A stretch of 28,317 nucleotides of DNA, from contig JBMYPC010000027.1 in the NCBI GenBank assembly GCA_049599895.1, forward strand, positions 1 to 28,317. Direction: 5' to 3'. Source of the DNA: Bacteriovoracaceae bacterium (GTDB lineage Bacteria > Bdellovibrionota > Bacteriovoracia > Bacteriovoracales > Bacteriovoracaceae). The notes under the pieces are model-generated. The model saw only the letters and a list, made by a program, of their open reading frames with translations, had not been told where the DNA came from and did no database searches. The translations under genes and the position numbers were made by a program. Position 1 is the first letter of the stretch, and every line of letters begins with the position of its first letter. This document shows, piece by piece, positions 25,515 to 28,317 of this stretch.

Positions 25515-25937
25515 ATGAAAAACATCTTATTTCTTTGCACAGGAAACTCTTGTCGCTCACAAATGGCGGAAGGCTGGGCCAAGGCCCTAAAAGTTAAGAG
25601 CTTTCACTTTTACTCAGCTGGCACAAAAAAACATGGACTCAACCCGTACGCGATTCAAGTCATGAAAGAAGTTGGCATTGATATTTCAATGCAGACTTCA
25701 AATACAGTAGAAGAACTTCCCAGCCAGACCATGGATTATGTCTTTACAGTTTGTTCTGATGCCCATGAAAACTGTCCTCTGTTTCCAGGAGGGAAAACAA
25801 TTCATATAGGTTTTGATGATCCACCGAGGCTAACCCAGACGATCGAAGATGAAGAGGAAAAACTCAAGGTTTACCGAAGGGTAAGAGATGAGATAAAAAC
25901 CTTTATTGAAAGTATCGAAACCCATTTGGATAAATAA
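25515..25937 (+). CDS. arsC: Arsenate reductase (thioredoxin-coupled, LMW-PTP fold)
   Basis: ILFLCTGNSCRSQMAEG, TVC...ENCP.FPG, FDDP, RRVRDEI. Confidence 0.92.
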   Translation: MKNILFLCTGNSCRSQMAEGWAKALKVKSFHFYSAGTKKHGLNPYAIQVMKEVGIDISMQTSNTVEELPSQTMDYVFTVCSDAHENCPLFPGGKTIHIGFDDPPRLTQTIEDEEEKLKVYRRVRDEIKTFIESIETHLDK

Positions 25938-25938
25938 A

Positions 25939-26628
25939 ATGGACATCAAACATGAACCATCACAATACGTTGCAGAGTTTATAGGAACATTCTTTTTAGT
26001 GTTCTTTGGCTGTGGCGCCATTATTTTGTCTCAGGTCAATCCAAGCTTTAACGGCTCTCTCATCCCGATTGTATTTGGTGGAGCAGTTTCAGTAATGATC
26101 TATTCTCTTGGACATATCTCTGGAGCCCATTTTAATCCTGCAGTGACAATTGCTTTTTGGGCCTGCGGACGCTTTCCATTAAAAAGAATTCCTGGGTACG
26201 CTCTCTCCCAGGTTTCAGGTGCTATATCGGCTTCATTTATCCACAAAATAATTTGGGGTAGTGCTCATACCTTTGGCAGTACCTATATCCAAAGTACCGT
26301 TGGTATTGGTTTTCTGGTTGAACTCATTCTTAGCTTTTGTCTTATGTTTGTTATTATCAGTGTGGCAACAGATTCAAGAGCGATTGGAGAACTTGCGGGA
26401 ATTGCCATAGGTTCAACAGTTAGCCTTTGCGCTTTTGTTGGGGGTCCCGTCACGTTTGCTTCAATGAACCCGGCACGAACTCTGGGACCTGCGGTACTGA
26501 CACTTGATTTCACAAATCTTTGGGTTTATCTCGCGGCCCCTATCTTGGGAACAATACTTGCGGCAAGAACCTATGAATGGATCCGTTGCCAAAAAGAAAA
26601 GTCCACTGATGGACATGGTTGCTGCTAA
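25939..26628 (+). CDS. MIP-family aquaporin/aquaglyceroporin (putative arsenite channel)
   Basis: AEFIGTF, SGAHFNPAVT and SMNPARTLGPA; C-terminal GCC. Confidence 0.92.
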   Translation: MDIKHEPSQYVAEFIGTFFLVFFGCGAIILSQVNPSFNGSLIPIVFGGAVSVMIYSLGHISGAHFNPAVTIAFWACGRFPLKRIPGYALSQVSGAISASFIHKIIWGSAHTFGSTYIQSTVGIGFLVELILSFCLMFVIISVATDSRAIGELAGIAIGSTVSLCAFVGGPVTFASMNPARTLGPAVLTLDFTNLWVYLAAPILGTILAARTYEWIRCQKEKSTDGHGCC

Positions 26629-26650
26629 CTTGTATGCAAAAGGATCGACT

Positions 26651-27040
26651 TTGGTTACTTCATTTTATCTTGGCCTCTTAACTTTTCTTTATTTTAAAAT
26701 TTCGCTTGCTGTAATCAAGGGAAGACAAAGTCAAAAGATCTCTCTTGGTGGAGGAACAGAGAATGAAATTCTTCACCTTACAAGTGCCCATAATAATTTT
26801 GCCAGTTATACACCTCTTTTCCTCTTTGCTCTTTATCTTCTGGAAATTCAAGAAATAAGTCTTATCTTAATTCACATTTTAGGTGTTACTTTTTTTATTG
26901 GAAGAATTCTTCACTATCACTCTATGAAAGAAAAAATCAGCAATTTTAAACTTCGTAAATTAGGAATGATGATGACCCTCTGGCCACTTCTTATTGTTGC
27001 TTTGGCAAATATCATCACCTCGGTTAAAACCTTATGGTAA
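26651..27040 (+). CDS. MAPEG family membrane protein
   Basis: Probable TTG start after AAGGA; SLGGG...AHNNFASYTP...LE...H..G.....GRILH. Confidence 0.8.
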   Translation: MVTSFYLGLLTFLYFKISLAVIKGRQSQKISLGGGTENEILHLTSAHNNFASYTPLFLFALYLLEIQEISLILIHILGVTFFIGRILHYHSMKEKISNFKLRKLGMMMTLWPLLIVALANIITSVKTLW

Positions 27041-27507
27041 CAAAAGAAGAAATTCTTCAAGAAATCATCTCTCATTATCAGAATGAGAGAGAAACTCTAG
27101 AGAGTATCGCTGAAGAAACAAAAAAAGGCACTACTGGCGACGAAGTTAAACAAGAAGGAAAATACGACACACGCGCAATTGAAGCAGGTTACTTAGCTGG
27201 AGCACAGGCCAGACGAGTGGAAGAAACAAAATTAAATCTCACAAAAGCTCGAAGTTTTAAAATCTTACAAAATAACGGCTCTGTCTCGGTAGGCTCACTT
27301 CTTAAATTAAGAGATTTAGACGAGAAAGAGCTCATGTATTTCATCTCCCCTACTGAAAGTGGCTTTTATAGTAAAAAGTTAAAACTCCATATCATCAGCT
27401 ACAACTCTCCTATTGCCCAGGAGGCCATCAATCTAAGTACAGGGGACACCTTTGAAGTCATTATTCCAAGCGGAACCAAGGAATTTGAAATCATTGAAAT
27501 TCTTTAA
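27034..27507 (+). CDS. GreA/GreB family elongation-factor-like protein
   Basis: EGKYDTRAIEAGYLAGAQARR, then IISYNSPIA...GDTFEV. Confidence 0.8.
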   Translation: MVTKEEILQEIISHYQNERETLESIAEETKKGTTGDEVKQEGKYDTRAIEAGYLAGAQARRVEETKLNLTKARSFKILQNNGSVSVGSLLKLRDLDEKELMYFISPTESGFYSKKLKLHIISYNSPIAQEAINLSTGDTFEVIIPSGTKEFEIIEIL

Positions 27508-27603
27508 GTTCCTTGAAATAGCTCATTTCGATAAGGAAAAACTGTTGAAAAGTGCTAAAGAGGCCCTGTCTAAGACTGGGCCTGGATTTTAAATAATTTT
27601 TCT

Positions 27604-28317
27604 TTATTTTCTTTTTGCTAGAGGAATGTACTCTCTTGCATTTTCCCCTGTATAAATTTGTCGTGGTCGACCAATCCTTGTCTTCGGATTCTCATTCATT
27701 TCTTTCCAATGAGCAATCCAACCGGGAAGACGTCCAAGAGAAAACATCACAGTAAACATATCGATCGGAATTTCTAGTGCAGAGTAAATAATCCCGCTAT
27801 AAAAATCCACATTAGGATAAAGCTTACGATCAACAAAGTATTGATCTTTTAATGCCGCTTCCTCTAATTGCTTTGCAATATCAAGAAGTGGATTGTGAAC
27901 ACCAAGCTTGTCGAGGACTTTATCACACGCAACTTTAATAATTTTTGCTCGAGGATCAAAGTTTTTATAAACTCTGTGTCCAAAGCCCATTAAGCGAAAG
28001 CTTGAGTTTTTATCTTTTGCCTTTTCAATAAATTTAGCAACGTCTCCACCATCACGATGAATCTCTTGAAGCATTTCCATGACTGCTTGATTTGCACCAC
28101 CGTGAAGCGGTCCCCAAAGAGCTGAAATCCCCCCTGAAATTGAAGCAAAAAGATTGGCCTCTGAAGAACCAATCAATCTTACTGCTGAAGTACTACAGTT
28201 TTGCTCGTGATCGGCATGGAGAATAAGAAGAAGATTAAGCGCCTCAACAACCTCTGGCACAATCTCAAACTTCTCAGAAGGAACTGAGAACATCATATTT
28301 AAAAAATTTGAACAATA
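27604..28317 (-). CDS. gltA: Citrate synthase, 3' part (truncated by window)
   Basis: [52 protein letters not shown]. Confidence 0.97.
   Translation of the reverse strand, partial: YCSNFLNMMFSVPSEKFEIVPEVVEALNLLLILHADHEQNCSTSAVRLIGSSEANLFASISGGISALWGPLHGGANQAVMEMLQEIHRDGGDVAKFIEKAKDKNSSFRLMGFGHRVYKNFDPRAKIIKVACDKVLDKLGVHNPLLDIAKQLEEAALKDQYFVDRKLYPNVDFYSGIIYSALEIPIDMFTVMFSLGRLPGWIAHWKEMNENPKTRIGRPRQIYTGENAREYIPLAKRK

Noticed and set aside
25464..26650. ORF-track starts at 25464 (arsC), 25906 (aquaporin) and 26504 (MAPEG)
   Set aside because: The extensions overlap a promoter or neighbouring genes; starts at 25515, 25939 and 26651 fit family N-termini better.
27561..27583. Hairpin AGGCCC-tgtctaagact-GGGCCT between the GreA/B-like gene and gltA
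   Set aside because: Plausible weak terminator, but it has an internal mismatch and only a short T tract; ordinary.
1112..28172. Numerous 60-110 aa ORFs antisense or out-of-frame within larger genes (e.g. 1112-1324, 3182-3490, 8954-9220, 14565-14870, 21037-21366, 27990-28172)
   Set aside because: They lie within or across well-supported genes and show no family motifs; treated as shadow ORFs.

Overview
AT-rich bacterial chromosomal window; gene content and style suggest a Bdellovibrionota/Bacteriovoracaceae-like organism (inference only). It is a patchwork of small stress and metal modules. In order: the end of a sulfur-transfer cluster (YeeE/YedE, DUF442-like sulfurtransferase, di-heme DUF3365 cytochrome); a secreted Ntn hydrolase; a decayed zone with REP-like 25-bp palindromes, including one cluster joining a LysR 5' stub to a DUF4437 3' stub; a photolyase plus cryptochrome-DASH-like pair; a six-gene putative zinc-acquisition operon divergent from a Zur-like regulator; a trypsin-like protease; a peroxiredoxin-like/HxlR pair; DUF6435 and an SDR; an alpha/beta-hydrolase-fold protein; a COG0523 GTPase; a CPA2 antiporter; MipA; a broken 2H phosphoesterase; an XRE-TerB/NfeD/SPFH/SPFH operon; an ArsR-less arsC-aquaporin-MAPEG-GreA/B operon; and the 3' part of gltA. 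The two best candidates for undescribed systems are (i) the zinc operon, which has a duplicated CHxH..CH His-rich secreted protein, a lipoprotein and a plug-less outer-membrane barrel, with a TGCAA-N5-TTGCA operator that recurs twice more in the window, and (ii) the XRE-TerB fusion regulator coupled to NfeD-SPFH-SPFH and divergent from the arsenic genes. Family assignments come from motif recognition by eye, not database searches. No rRNA, tRNA, CRISPR array or intact transposase was seen.
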